Below are positions 25,719-38,814 of a stretch of DNA of 64,000 nucleotides, one piece after another. The notes under the pieces were generated by a model. It made no database searches. It was given only the letters and a program-made list of their open reading frames with translations, and was not told the DNA's origin. Location of the stretch: assembly GCA_964016885.1 (NCBI GenBank), contig OZ024755.1:36890001-36954000 (forward strand), read 5' to 3'. Position 1 is the first letter of the stretch; the number at the start of each line of letters is the position of its first letter. The translations under genes were made by a program, and so were the position numbers. Source of the stretch: Eledone cirrhosa. Its lineage: Eukaryota.

Positions 25719-26295
25719 TATCATCATCATCACCATCACCCGGCGGCCTCAGCCGAAATGGACTCAACTATTGATCTCCATGTGGGTCTGTCGTTCATTG
25801 CCGTTCCCAAGTCCTGGATTTCAATACCAGGATCACTGGAGATGACATCGGGGTAGGAGAGCTTGCGCCCCTTGTTATTAGGGACTGCTTGTGGTTTCCA
25901 AAGCACTAATGGGGACACAGCCTCAGAGGTGGCACGATGGCAGTGGCCAGCAAATTGGGATAGGAGAGCTTGCGCCCCCTGTTATTAGTGACTGCTTGTG
26001 GTTTCCAAAGCACTAATGGGGACACAGCCTCATAGGTGGCACGATGGCAGTGGCCAGCAAATTGGGATAGGAGAGCTTGCGCCCCCTGTTATTAGGGACT
26101 GCTTGTGGTTTTCAAAGCACTAATGGGGACACAGCCTCATAGGTGACACGATGGCAGTGGCCAGCAAATCTTACTCTCTTTTATGTACAACGACAGGCAT
26201 GCGTGGGAGGCTGGCATATATCTCTCTCAAAGTCAGATGTCGCCAGCTTATGTTCTGTGCTGAAGCAGGCGAGTGTAGGTGCCATCAAGAATTAC
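25719..26295 (-). mobile_element. RTE/RTE-X-like LINE 3' end with 107-bp triplication and (GAT)n tail
   Basis: DGTYTRLL; RFAGHCHR...VSPLVLWKP...GRKLSYPDVI..D.G....L..AMNDR..WR; units start at 25854, 25961, 26068. Confidence 0.75.
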
Positions 26296-26857
26296 GATGA
26301 GGGATGACGCTACAACGTTCGATTAGGTAAAAATATACCGACTAAGGTATCTACAACTTTGCCACCATTAATGGCTCTTTGAAACAAGTGACGTCAAACT
26401 GATTCACTAGACTATAAATATGATGCCTGGTGTAGGAGATGGGAAGCAATATTATACGCAATAACTATATTTTTATATATGAATAACGATATATTATACG
26501 CAATAACTATATATGAATAACGATACTGATCGTAAATAGTTGTAACAAGAGAAAACAGTAAACTGTCTTAACTAGATGTTACTTAAAATAATTATACACA
26601 TCAATGTTTTCTTTAGAGTTACTGTAAATGTAACAAAACCTTAATGTAATAAAAAATCCACAAACATTTTACAATCAGATTAACAAATAAACACACAAAC
26701 ACACACAAATACGCACACACACGCATACATACATACATACATACATACATATACAAATAGACATACAAATACACAGAGATCTGCTAATATAAATATAAAT
26801 AAATATATATATATATGTATATTAGCATATATCTATGTATATATAAATATATATATG

Positions 26858-27042
<185 letters not shown>

Positions 27043-27050
27043 TATATATA

Positions 27051-27365
<315 letters not shown>

Positions 27366-27379
27366 CATATATATATATA

Positions 27380-27823
27380 TTATTCAGAATATTAATAAAT
27401 GAAGTCTTTCACATAAAAAATATGTTTTATTATATATATTTCGAAGGTACTGTGCTGTTTTTTCAGTACGTCCTCGTCAGATAAAATACATGAATTGATG
27501 TATGACATACCTCAACGGTCTTGATGGTTCAATTCCAGTATTGGCACTTGATCCACTGCCAATACTGGAATTGAACCATTAACACCGTTGAGGTATGTCA
27601 TACATCAATTCATGTATTTTATCTGACGAGGACATACTAAAAAAAACAACACAGTACCTTCGAAATATATATAATAAAACATATATTTTGATTATGTGAA
27701 TGTCTTCATTTATTAATATTCTGAATAATATTAATAACTCCAGAAAACTTCGTTGTAGAGTGCTTTTAATCTATTGTAAAACTATATTCATTGAGTAATC
27801 AATGAACCATATTAATCTCTGGT

Positions 27824-27826
<3 letters not shown>
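27380..27826 (+). mobile_element. fold-back cassette (arms 27380-27546 / 27557-27730) with a hammerhead on each arm
   Basis: Plus 27617-27679: ttttat-CTGACGA-gga..tact...agtac.ttc-GAAA-tatata-TA-ataaaa; minus copy 27426-27487. Confidence 0.8.
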
Positions 27827-27855
<29 letters not shown>

Positions 27856-28086
27856 CAGATGTCTGTGTATTTGTATGTATGATTGAGCGTGTGTGTGTGT
27901 ATGTGTGTGTGTGAGAGACAGACATAGATTAGAAGAGAGGAAGTGTTACAGTGAGTGAGAGAGAATATGTGTGAGTGAGAGAAACACAGAATGAGAAAAG
28001 ACAGAGAGAAAAGAGAAAGAAACACAGAGAAATAACAAGTTTTTATAGAAGTTGAAAGAGAGGGGGATGGTGGGAGAGATAGAGAT

Positions 28087-28182
<96 letters not shown>

Positions 28183-28945
28183 GCTGTATGTTTGATATTG
28201 TATGTGTATGTGCCAGTGTAGATACATGTTTGTGTAATGTGTGTGGAAATAAGCGGGGAAGGAAAGCAATAATTATTAACATGTGTGTGTGTGTGTGTGT
28301 GTGCGTGTGACGTTCCACAGAAAGTAAAAACTATCAATATGTGTGTGTGCGTGTGTGCGTTTGCATGTGTGTGCATGGGTGTGTGTGCGTGCGTGCGGCG
28401 TTCCACAATCGCCATTTATTTCAATCACACTTTTGAAGATATTCACTTAACTTTCACTCATTTAATCCGCCATTTTAATTTTCAAAAAAGTTTCCGAAAT
28501 TTTCTATTTGAAGAAACACAACTACCAACACTGTTGCTACTACCACCTCTCTCTCTATACGCGAGAGTTCATTTTAAAGTCTCCTTCTCAACAAGGAAGA
28601 TGAAAAAACTTACCTCAGCACTTGATTTTAAATCTTTAATTTTTAGTTTTTAATCCTTATTAATTATTTTTAATTGTAATACTCAACATTTGACAACATG
28701 AATTTTACTAATACATCTAAACCAGTAATACTCTATATACTTTACATACATTATAAAATTATTTCTTTAAAACAATTGTCCCTCTCATTTTTTCAATAAT
28801 GTCACTTTCACGAATCAAAGAAAGGGAAAAAAAGTAAAACAGACCCTTAAATATATTTTCCGTGGTATTTCCGATCTCACCTTTTTTCTATAACCACTGT
28901 TTTATATAGAACCTTACTTCCTTTTCATATATATATATAATGAAA

Positions 28946-29135
28946 TACTTGTTTCTACTTTAGGCACAAGGCCAGCAATTACCCAGTGCATTACTGGTAC
29001 TTTATTTTATCGACCTCGTAAGGATGAAAGGCAAAGTCAACCTCGGCGGGATTTGAACTCAGATCGTAAAGGGACGTAACTATGCTTGAAAGCATGGCAT
29101 CCGACCCTCTACCGATACTGCCAATCCACCGCCCT
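28946..29135 (-). mobile_element. SINE family A with TSD atataatgaaatact
   Basis: Full reverse copy; TSD at 28934 and 29139. Confidence 0.9.
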
Positions 29136-29188
29136 TATATATAATGAAATACTGTTGGCTTCTTGCTCACATTAATTTCTATATTTTC

Positions 29189-29229
<41 letters not shown>

Positions 29230-29279
29230 AATAAATGAAAGGTATAGAAATTGTTTTAGCGAGAAGCTAACAGTATTCT

Positions 29280-29408
<129 letters not shown>

Positions 29409-29449
29409 ATGATATTAATAAATGGAAACTATATTTATAAAACCATATT

Positions 29450-29510
29450 TATTCTATTATATATATTTCAAGGGTACCAAAACTTTGGTACGCACTCATC
29501 AGATAAAATA
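29450..29510 (-). ncRNA. type I hammerhead in PLE-like cassette
   Basis: Minus: tattttat-CTGATGA-gtgc gtaccaaa gt tttggtac cctt-GAAA-tatata-TA-atagaata. Confidence 0.7.
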
Positions 29511-30703
29511 CAAAGTAAAGTTTGTTTTATAAATATTGCCATAACCAGGAAGAAGATCTTAACGGTTCAAGTTTTACCTGGATAGTAAAAGGAAAAAGGG
29601 GAAAGAGAGGAAAAATCAAATATTTCAAATTATTAAGATGAATATGCAAATTAGGTTGAGGTATAGGGCTGAGGTTGAGCTATAGATGCTAGGTAGATTT
29701 AAATAATTATTAGGATATATATGTATGTGTAGGAAGAAGAAAGAGAAAGAAAGAAAAGCTTGTATTTACGTGAATTTAAAAAGAATTAACAGTTTGTTGG
29801 TGTGGTGGAATATGATTCCAGAATTTAAAACATATTTAGTTAAATTATGAGTTATAATATTATATATATAATCGATTAGATTAAATGAAGAATTATGGTT
29901 GTAAGTACATTTTATCTTTTTATATTGCAACAGGTTGTAAGTATATAAATATCTATATAGATTAATAAGTGTATAAATATAGGTATTATTGGTGATTTTA
30001 TAGATATAAAACACACGTATTAATTATTTACATTTCTAATATGAGTTACGAAGGATGTTGATTTTACATTTTACATAAATATTTAAGAAAAAGACGTAGT
30101 TAAAATTATAAGAGAAGAACAATTTGTAGATTCAAATATTTTCATCCAACATTGAAAATATTTCCAGAACATTATTAATTTAGCGAAATTATATAATTTA
30201 TCATACAAGTTATTATGTCTATGTTTGCTCAACATTATTTGTTAAACTATTAAATTTGATGAATAATTTTCTTAGAAAAAGCGGAAAGTATGTGGAGAAA
30301 ATTATATATTATTTTGTGTGAGATTATAAGGTATTTTATATTACATGTTTTCAAGGATGAGAATTTCAATTATATATTATCTACGTCGAAAGATGTGTGA
30401 AAAGTTTGAAGATTATTAAAGAAAGGAAAAATGTATTATTAGATAAGTCGAGAGTGCATTTAGAAGAACTATCGTAAAGAGGACATTTTTCAGAATGTCA
30501 ATTAAAAAGTATCAATCTAATATATATATATGAATCTAAAAAATAGATTAAGAAGAGTATCATTAGGAAAAGAATATCAATTGGTAAAAATGCTAAATTT
30601 AAGAAGGAAGATGATTTAAAAAATTTTAAATAAAAAAAAAACCCCACAGTAAATAACAATCATTTTAAAGTAAAAACTAGAGACAAAATATTTAACTATA
30701 TAG

Positions 30704-31179
30704 GTGCCACTTCGGATTGCACACGACGGATTGCCCCTTGCAATAGACTACTCCATTCAATGGAAAGCCATCACTAAGTCCAAGCCATACGCAAGGGGCA
30801 ATCCGTCGTGCGGACTATGTATTGATGAACGAATTAATATTCTAAAGAGATTACGCAATAGCGATTGCCTAAACTCAAGGATTGAATTCTTCACACGTTA
30901 TCCACACGTCTGGAAACACCTCTTACATAACTACAAAGCTCCGGATTGAATTACAACAACATCCTAATTTGCTTATCAACTAGTAACTTTCGGACTTTCG
31001 CAGTTATCTCCCTTACCCCTCTCGCACTCGTATTGCCTGGGTGAAGTGACCGTTTCTGCGCATGCGCGTCCATACGATTGTCCTTCCTGTTCCGGATAAC
31101 TATGTCCATTACGAGCTGAGGATCCGCTAAGGTGAAACAATTGTTCTCGGTATGGTGAACTAACTGTTGTGTAACCACT

Positions 31180-31180
<1 letters not shown>
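30704..31180 (+). mobile_element. Penelope-like element 3' end: GIY-YIG endonuclease C-terminus plus UTR with hammerhead
   Basis: IQWK.I.K.KPY.....CGLCIDE...IL......LNSR.EFF...PH..K matches the C-terminal pattern of PLE endonucleases. Confidence 0.8.
31112..31149 (+). ncRNA. minimal type I hammerhead
   Basis: cgag-CTGAGGA-tcc gctaa ggt-GAAA-caattg-TT-ctcg; stem I extended by ccat/atgg. Confidence 0.8.
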
Positions 31181-31211
<31 letters not shown>

Positions 31212-31290
31212 GACCTCTTATTTTTATCTAAAGACTTCTTTTCCATTTCCAACTTGCCCGTCCTTTCAATCTATCTTATTTCACATTTAT

Positions 31291-31326
31291 TCTTCTGATG
31301 AAGGACTAGCATTCGAAACGTTAAGA
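31291..31326 (+). ncRNA. minimal hammerhead in short repeat 31249-31412
   Basis: tctt-CTGATGA-a gga ctagca ttc-GAAA-cg-TT-aaga. Confidence 0.6.
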
Positions 31327-31414
31327 CCCTTTTCCTGCTATTTCAAGCGTTAACCTGATACAGTCCTTCCATATACTGTACCGATTGTGTTGTTATTTCT
31401 GTTTACCTTTTACA

Positions 31415-31542
<128 letters not shown>

Positions 31543-31918
31543 TGTGTGTGTGTGGGTGTGTGTGTGTGTAATTATGTATGGATACATGTGCGTGCGTGTC
31601 CGTGTACGTTTTTCTGCGCAAAAGCCTGCTTTCTTTAGACATCGGCACTATCTTGCAGTTTTAAAGGGAGATAATATTGATCCATCACTTGACTTGTCCT
31701 GTATCTTGTTGACCGCCAAAGGTTGAAAGTGTGATTAAACCTAAAACTTTAAGGATACATAGCTAGATACATTTTGTCTTTTGGGTTCGCATGCCCCGAT
31801 GGAGCCGGAGGAGTGCCGTAGTGGCATACGGCGGTTCTTCGGCATTTTTAAAGCCTAAAGGACGCCATCCTTCTCCAGATCTGAACACAGTAGATCTCTT
31901 CTAGAGAAAGAGAGAAAG

Positions 31919-31949
<31 letters not shown>

Positions 31950-32154
31950 AAGAGAGAAAGAGAGAAAGAAAGAAAGAGAGAGAGAGAGAGGAAGAATCGA
32001 CCCTAGTACTAGACTGGTACTTGTTTATCGACCTCAAAAGGATGAAAGGCAAAGTTGACCTCGGAATGATTTGAACTCAGAGAATAGAGAGCTGGAACAA
32101 AGGCCGCAAAACATTCTATCCGCCATTCTAACAACAATTCGCTGCCATAACTAA

Positions 32155-32460
32155 ATACTTCGCTCGGCCGAGCTTACACTCGCAAAGATTCAGCATGACT
32201 TCTCCAATCGTCCCGGTCGAGCATGACATTTCTCAGTTCATCCCTAGGAGCATTGGATTTGGTATACTTAATAGTTATTTCGGTTGCAGAATACAATCAG
32301 TGGTCGCTGCTTCTCCCGAAGGTCAATAGTTCTCTTCTAACTCGAGCGGGAGTACCTTTCCATTGTCAATTTGCATTGATCATCTGCAAAGCCACATTGT
32401 TCTTAGAACCACTACACCAGTCTTTCGATGTGTGCAGCTAGAACTACTGTCACCCATTGA
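32155..32460 (-). mobile_element. RTE-related repeat (reverse of 40470-40880)
   Basis: Aligns to 40470-40690 and 40810-40876. Confidence 0.6.
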
Positions 32461-32480
32461 TTTGGCAGGATTTTTTTTTT

Positions 32481-32675
32481 AGATGGCCGTTGACTCTTAT
32501 GTGTTCTTCCGCCCTTTATCAGGTTTTGCTTTTTGTCCTGCAGGGTGCCCAAAATCAGCCTCCTCACCAAGTAAACTTGGTGGGGTTGCCGGTTTAGTCG
32601 CCGACGACCCGATCATGCGACAGGTTGTACTGGGTTATATGCTACCAGTAGCACTCAAGAGTGACCTGACAGGAA
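32481..32675 (+). mobile_element. RTE 5'-UTR-like repeat family (also 37716-37880 and 38900-39258, minus)
   Basis: Shared gatggccgttgactcttatg...gtttagtcgccgacgacccga..caggttgtactggg. Confidence 0.55.
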
Positions 32676-32863
32676 CTAAATATTACAAAGCGACTTATCT
32701 GATGGGCTACTGGTTCTGATTTTGATCCTATATTAGAATATAAAATGTATTACATATGATTAAAGCAACATATTGTGATGATAGTAATTCATGGCATTTA
32801 CTCATGCACGTATTTCACTTTTTAGTGATGAGTGGACATTGGCAAGGTTTGGTCCGAGAACGT

Positions 32864-32978
32864 AAATGGTTTTAACTAAATATAACAATGGTAAATGGTT
32901 TTAACTAAATATAACAATGGTAAATGGTTTTAACTAAATATAACAATGGTAAATGGTTTTAACTAAATATAACAATGC
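32864..32978. repeat. 29-bp tandem repeat x4
   Basis: (gtaaatggttttaactaaatataacaatg)n. Confidence 0.9.
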
Positions 32979-33201
32979 AGTCTGTTCACCGCTCTAAAGA
33001 TTCTACCGTAATAGGTGTAAGAAAGAAGACATGTACACATGTATTCTATATGAACTTATTCTCAAAGGTATGTTATCGCTGAAAATGTTTCTAATCTAAT
33101 AACCGATTGCTTTGACTGAGTTGCTCTACGTTTTAACTTGAAAAAAAATCAACAGGAAATCATTGACAGGATTCTCAACGAAAATGTAGGTCCTACATCA
33201 T

Positions 33202-33929
33202 CTAATATTTTTTATATTCAAATCGGACTTTTTCTAATTTCCGACAACAATTCCAGATTTCTCTGCAATAATCACCTGTCATATCTAAATAGCTCGTCAA
33301 TAACTATTGAAAGATGCACTTCAATAAAAAAATATATAATATAAACAATTTGAAAATATGTTTAATATGATGTCCTATGCTTACAAGCATCTACGTACAA
33401 AATGCTAGATTTTGAATTAATTATACGGTTAGTTAATTGGACAAGCAGACATAAATTACAAACATGTGCTGTTTGTGAACGGCATACAATTGAATATAAC
33501 CGTATTGCCATACAAGAGATAAAACTGGGAATCATTATAACAATATCAAATCTTCTGCTACACCCTTTCTTCATGTTACATACATCTTGTAAACTCACTA
33601 AGGCTCAAAGCATCATTGAACATTTTAATAGTAATAATATAGATGTTACATTTGCAGTTGTAGAGCAAGTCAATTCCTGAACCGAACGTGAACGTCGTAG
33701 CTTGATACATAATGTTATACAAGGAAATATAACTTAAATTGTCAAATCGAATTGTGAATACAACCTGCATTTACCATATGTTAGTAGTTGAAATATTAAA
33801 GCGGAATACGACAACAACGCACATAATTTACTTACCACTCCAGTAAAGATTAGTTTAAAACGGTGATTCAGATATAGAAAACAGATTTTGTAATACAGGT
33901 TCGCGAATGATATCTCCAAAGAATTGAAC
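33202..33929 (-). CDS. candidate three-exon fragment of an unidentified host gene (exons 33929-33836, 33764-33599, 33275-33202)
   Basis: gtaagt and gtgagt donors, AG acceptors, actaac branch-like site, compatible phases and an open frame to TAG; no recognised family. Confidence 0.3.
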
Positions 33930-34122
33930 CTAATTCACAAAACTATAACTCATCAGCTTTGCCACGTAGAAAAACGAAATATACTGCGGGTTTTTTAAAA
34001 TGAATACACACCTTAAGACAAACACAGAGAATCGCCTAATCATATGGAATTTTAACCCTATAGTCGAGAATGAACCAGTAATTCTTGTGTATATCTCTTA
34101 GTTGTACGGCAACAGTCTAACC

Positions 34123-34421
34123 CAGTCATGGGCAACCTGCGGCTCGCGGTCCGTGAATCTTTCTGAATGGCTCACCTAAGTCACCTAAGTGAAATCTTTC
34201 TAATTCTTTTACCCCAACTTTTCAGTCGTAATTTATCTTTCTATCATTTTTACGATCGAGGAAAACAATGTGTACGAATTCTGAAGAAACAAATCAAAAC
34301 AACCTGAGTTACCACCATTTTTATTAATGTGGGCGACGAATGTAAAGTAGCGCTTGCGGCCCGCCTGATGATGAGACATATCTCATGCGGCCCGTTTCTC
34401 GAAAAAGGTTGCCCATGCCTG
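34123..34421. mobile_element. hAT-type MITE
   Basis: TIR cagtcatgggcaacc / ggttgcccatgcctg with subterminal gcggcccg motifs; imperfect 8-bp flanks gtctaacc/gtcttaag. Confidence 0.75.
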
Positions 34422-34661
34422 GTCTTAAGTAATACTTAGTGGAATCCATAAATACACAAAAAAGTCATGGAATTCATAAATACGCAAGAAAAGTGATGGA
34501 TGTATGACACCCATTAAATGACACCCATTAAATGACACACATTAAATGACTCCCATTAACTGACTCCCATTAAAAAGTTCGATAGGGAATACAGAGGGAA
34601 CATTACAATAGAACTACAATGAAAATTGTCCATCAACATGTAATAAATATTAAAGGGCTAA

Positions 34662-34858
34662 ATAATTGTTTCTACTTTTGGCACAAGGCCAGCAATTATA
34701 CAAGGACAGTGTATTACTGGTACTTTATTTTATCGACTCCGTAAGGATGAAAAGCAAAGTTAACCTCGGCGGGATTTGAACTCAGATCGTAAAGGGACGT
34801 AACTCTAAGCTGCAAAGCATGGTGTCCGACTCTCTAGCAATACTGCCAATCTGCGCCA
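34662..34858 (-). mobile_element. SINE family A
   Basis: Reverse full copy. Confidence 0.85.
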
Positions 34859-35550
34859 TAAAGGGCCAAATAATATACACGAAACATCTATTTGTACTAC
34901 AATTATTCAAATGACAAACAACTCAAATTACATTTATAAAAAGTGTTTTACATACGACAAACCTGCATCAATAAAATAAAAGAAAAAAACTGAAACCCAT
35001 TAGAACTTCACACATTTTTATGAAGGAGCTAAAAGGGTTTTCACCATAGCACTAATAGGGTTATCCAAATAGTTTAAAACTGTCTCCTCACACACGAAAT
35101 ACTTAACGTGGAGCGGTAAACGTGTTTGTCAAAAAATGTAGAAATTAATCATCAGAAACGAAAGGGCTCGAAATGATGTCTTATTTTTGTAACACTTTTA
35201 CAATATTTTTTAGTGATTAATGCATCCATTATGGAAACGTCAGCTGATTACATAACATTATATGGTCATGGGATTACAATGTATGCTCTCAATATATAGA
35301 GAATGAGTTTGAGCAAAACAAAATTACAAGGGCAGTTTTTTGGGATGAGAGAACCCACCATTTATTGTTAAAACTATATACAACTTATTTGACGTTTAGT
35401 TCATACAATACTTTGGTGTTAAGAAGGAAAATATACGTTTATCTGTGACACTGAATAACAAGAGTCACACATGAACATTCTCAGCGGAGTACATTTGCCC
35501 GCTTGTTGCTCAGCAATACATTAACGAACAACCAAACTGTAATAACACCA

Positions 35551-36296
35551 GGTGGATTGGCAGTATCGGTAGAGGGTCGGACGCCATGATTTCCAGCATA
35601 GTTACGTCCCTTTACGATCTGAGTTCAAATCCCGCCGAGGTTGACTTTGCCTTTCATCCTTACGATGTCGATAAAATAAAGTACCAGTAATACACTGGTT
35701 AATTGCTGGCCTTGTGCCAAAGTAGAAACAATTATTGTAGTAAATGAAGTTCAAATCCCGCCGAGGTTAGCTTTGCCTTTCATCCTTACGGGGTCGATAA
35801 AATAAAGTACCAGTAATACACTGGGTAATTGCTGGCCTTGTGCCTAAAGTAGAAACAATTATATCTAAACTAAAGGAACGATCGACTTTCGTCAAATCAG
35901 ACCGAGGAAACAATGTTTCCATTGGTCTTTCCAGTTGCTAATACTATCTATCAGTCGCAACTCCAGGTAGAAGGAGCAACGTGAAATAAAGTGTCTTGCT
36001 CAAGGACATAAAGCATCGTCCGGTCCGGGAATCGAACTAACAACCTCACGATTGCGAATGCAATACTCTAACCATTCAACTACGCGCCTTCATGTATACT
36101 AATAGGGCAGTGGATTGGCAGTATCGGTAGAGAGCCGGACACCATGCTTTGCAGCATAAAGTTATGGCCCTTTACGGTCTGAGTTCAAATCTCGCCGAGG
36201 TTTACTTTGCCTTTCATCCTTACGGGGTCGATAAAATAAAGTACCAGTAATGCACTGGGTAATTTACTGGCCTTGTGCCTAAAGTAGAAACAATTA
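35551..36296. mobile_element. SINE cluster: A (35551-35733, +), A 3' half (35747-35860, +), B (35874-36092, -), A (36108-36295, +)
   Basis: Family motifs read directly. Confidence 0.85.
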
Positions 36297-36984
36297 TATG
36301 CATACTAATGGTTTCTCAATAACTAATATGGCTGTATAATTAAGTTTGCTTCAGAGCTACGTGATATTGGATTAGATCTTACGCTATATGAACGTGAACA
36401 AGTGTGTTTCAACCATCGTCTCAGATCAGTCGTACACTTATAAGTAAAATTTGATAAGCCGAAACTGAAAGGCCATCTTAATTTTCGGGGAATTGATACA
36501 TATCATCATCTTGATGACAAACTCCTACCCTTATTCTGAAGTGAGTTTAACTAGGAATGTGTAATGTTCGTTACAAGTATGAAAATACACTCTTGACAGG
36601 CGCAATATGCCCAAACACGGAAGAGCCGTGAACTCAGATCATAAAGAGACGTAACCCTATGCTGCAAAGTATGGCGTCCGACCCTCTACCGATGCTGCCA
36701 ACCCACTACCCTTAAGTATTGATGTATAACGGAAACCTTTATGACACAAATTCTATTAGTAAATCAACCACTGATAAATAAGAATTTGAAGAAAGGCTTT
36801 ACACGTGAACATATATAGGATATATAGGCTATCACGCAACCTTGTGCCCTATAGAATGTTAGGGTACATCTGACAGTAAAATGTGTATGAACTTAGCATA
36901 CATATTACTTCTGATAGTAGTTAAGTCATCTCCTTCCCTGTCCAATAACATACACGAGTAAAATCTTTTTTTTTCTTTTAATAG

Positions 36985-37440
36985 ATGATAGTATATATTT
37001 TTGATACTTACATCCTACCAGTTGTGTTTTATGGTCTTGACTATGATAATTGGACGACAAGGTCACTTCAGAAGCTCTCTACATTCCAGAACCACATCAT
37101 GAGACTTATGACTGGCAAGCGTCTCAGCGACCGTACCTGTATCAGTGAGCTGCTCAACATTACCAAACTTAGACCAATTACATCAATTGTCAAGTAAAGA
37201 GTACTCAAAATATACAGCGATATAAAAAGATCATCTCCTGGTGTGAGTAGGTTATGTTTGGAAGAAAGGTTGGCTGGTAAGAGAAGCAGAGGCTGGCAGC
37301 CAAAACGATGTCTTGATAATGTCAACTTATGGACTGGACTTGATCTTTGCTCTTTAAACACTGTTGTTGGTGATCGAACTTTGTGGAGAAGAGTATCTCA
37401 TGTTGATGCGCAGTCTGCACCTGGCGGAGTTATACAACTC
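36985..37440 (+). mobile_element. RTE-like LINE ORF2 3' fragment
   Basis: YILPVVFYG...W......KL.TFQN.IMR..TG....DR; GKRSRGWQPKRCLDNV; DRTLWRR. Confidence 0.75.
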
Positions 37441-38624
37441 CGTCAGATATATATAAGAAGTATATATCTGACAGTTCATATTAACTGGTTTAAACTCTTA
37501 ACCTACATTGTATAGTAAATAAAGACCATACAAATTAGAAATTAGTTCTCCACTTTCTGCATATATCGTAATGGAATTTTGGAACTGATGAGCTATATAT
37601 TTAGTTACCTATTCCTGATTTATCCGAACTATGGTGACAAAAACACTAATAATTGTTTCTACTTTTGGCCAGCAATTATCCCAGTGTATTACTGGTACTT
37701 TATTTTATCGACCCTATAACCCGAAAAGAAGAAAAGATCAACATCATCGGTAACTACAGAGCTGCAGGTTTTATGTCTGAGTTATCCCAGTTTCTTGAGT
37801 TGCCTTTTCCTAGAAGAATGCCCTGTCGGGTCACACTTGAGTGCTACTTGTAACATGTAACCCAGTACAACCTGTTGCATGGAAACACTAATAATAACAG
37901 TCAGTTGCCATTATTGTACTCCCGCCGAGGTTGACTTTGCCTTTCATCCTTACGGGGTCGATAAAATAAAGTACCAGTAATGCACTGGGTAATTGCTGGC
38001 CTTGTGCCTAAAGAAGAAACAATTATTGTACTAAGCGATATGTGTTTATATCCACATGCATTGATATAAACTGGGACATTTACCAGGATCACTTTGAGGG
38101 ATTTATGTTTTATAAATACTTGTTTTTTTTTATGGCAGAGATTGCTGGGGTTTAATTTCTCATGAGATTGATAAAAACATATGGAGTAAACAACAGAGCT
38201 TGATACATACAAAAACAAATTCATACTATGTATGAATTTGTATACACACGCATACATATATGCATGCACACATACACAATGGCTGCATCTTGATTTCGAG
38301 CAATGGCATCGCTTGACACTCAAGCATGAGAATCACAGATGTGGACCTTCAGTCCCGCCAGAAACCTGCCCAGGGCCAATAATGCCATGCATTGCAAAGA
38401 AAATGTCACATATCAAGCGATTCATGTGCCTGAAACTTTTTATAGTGAGGAAAGGCTTTGCACGGAGCCAATCCCACTCTCTGAACATCAAATACATTTA
38501 TCCAAAAGTCTACACCGTTAAATGCAAACGAAGTCGCAGGTTTCATATCATACCTACGTACATGCACAAATGATGGCTGCCCCCTCGTTATCAAGTATGA
38601 CAATTGCACAATATACCACTATTA

Positions 38625-38814
38625 ATAATTGTTTCTACTTTAGGCACAAGGCCAGCAATTACCCAGTGCATTACTGGTACTTTATTTTATCGACCCCGTA
38701 AGGATGAAAGGCAAAGTTAACCTCGGCGGGATTTGAACTCAGATCGTAAAGGGACGTAACTATGCTGGAAAGCATGGCGTCCGACCCTCTACCGATACTG
38801 CCAATCCACCGCCC
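38625..38814 (-). mobile_element. SINE family A with TSD ccactattaataat
   Basis: Full reverse copy. Confidence 0.9.

Noticed and set aside
29700-30700. AT-rich decayed coding sequence, possibly PLE, on the minus strand
   Set aside because: Many stops and no RT or endonuclease motif that I can identify
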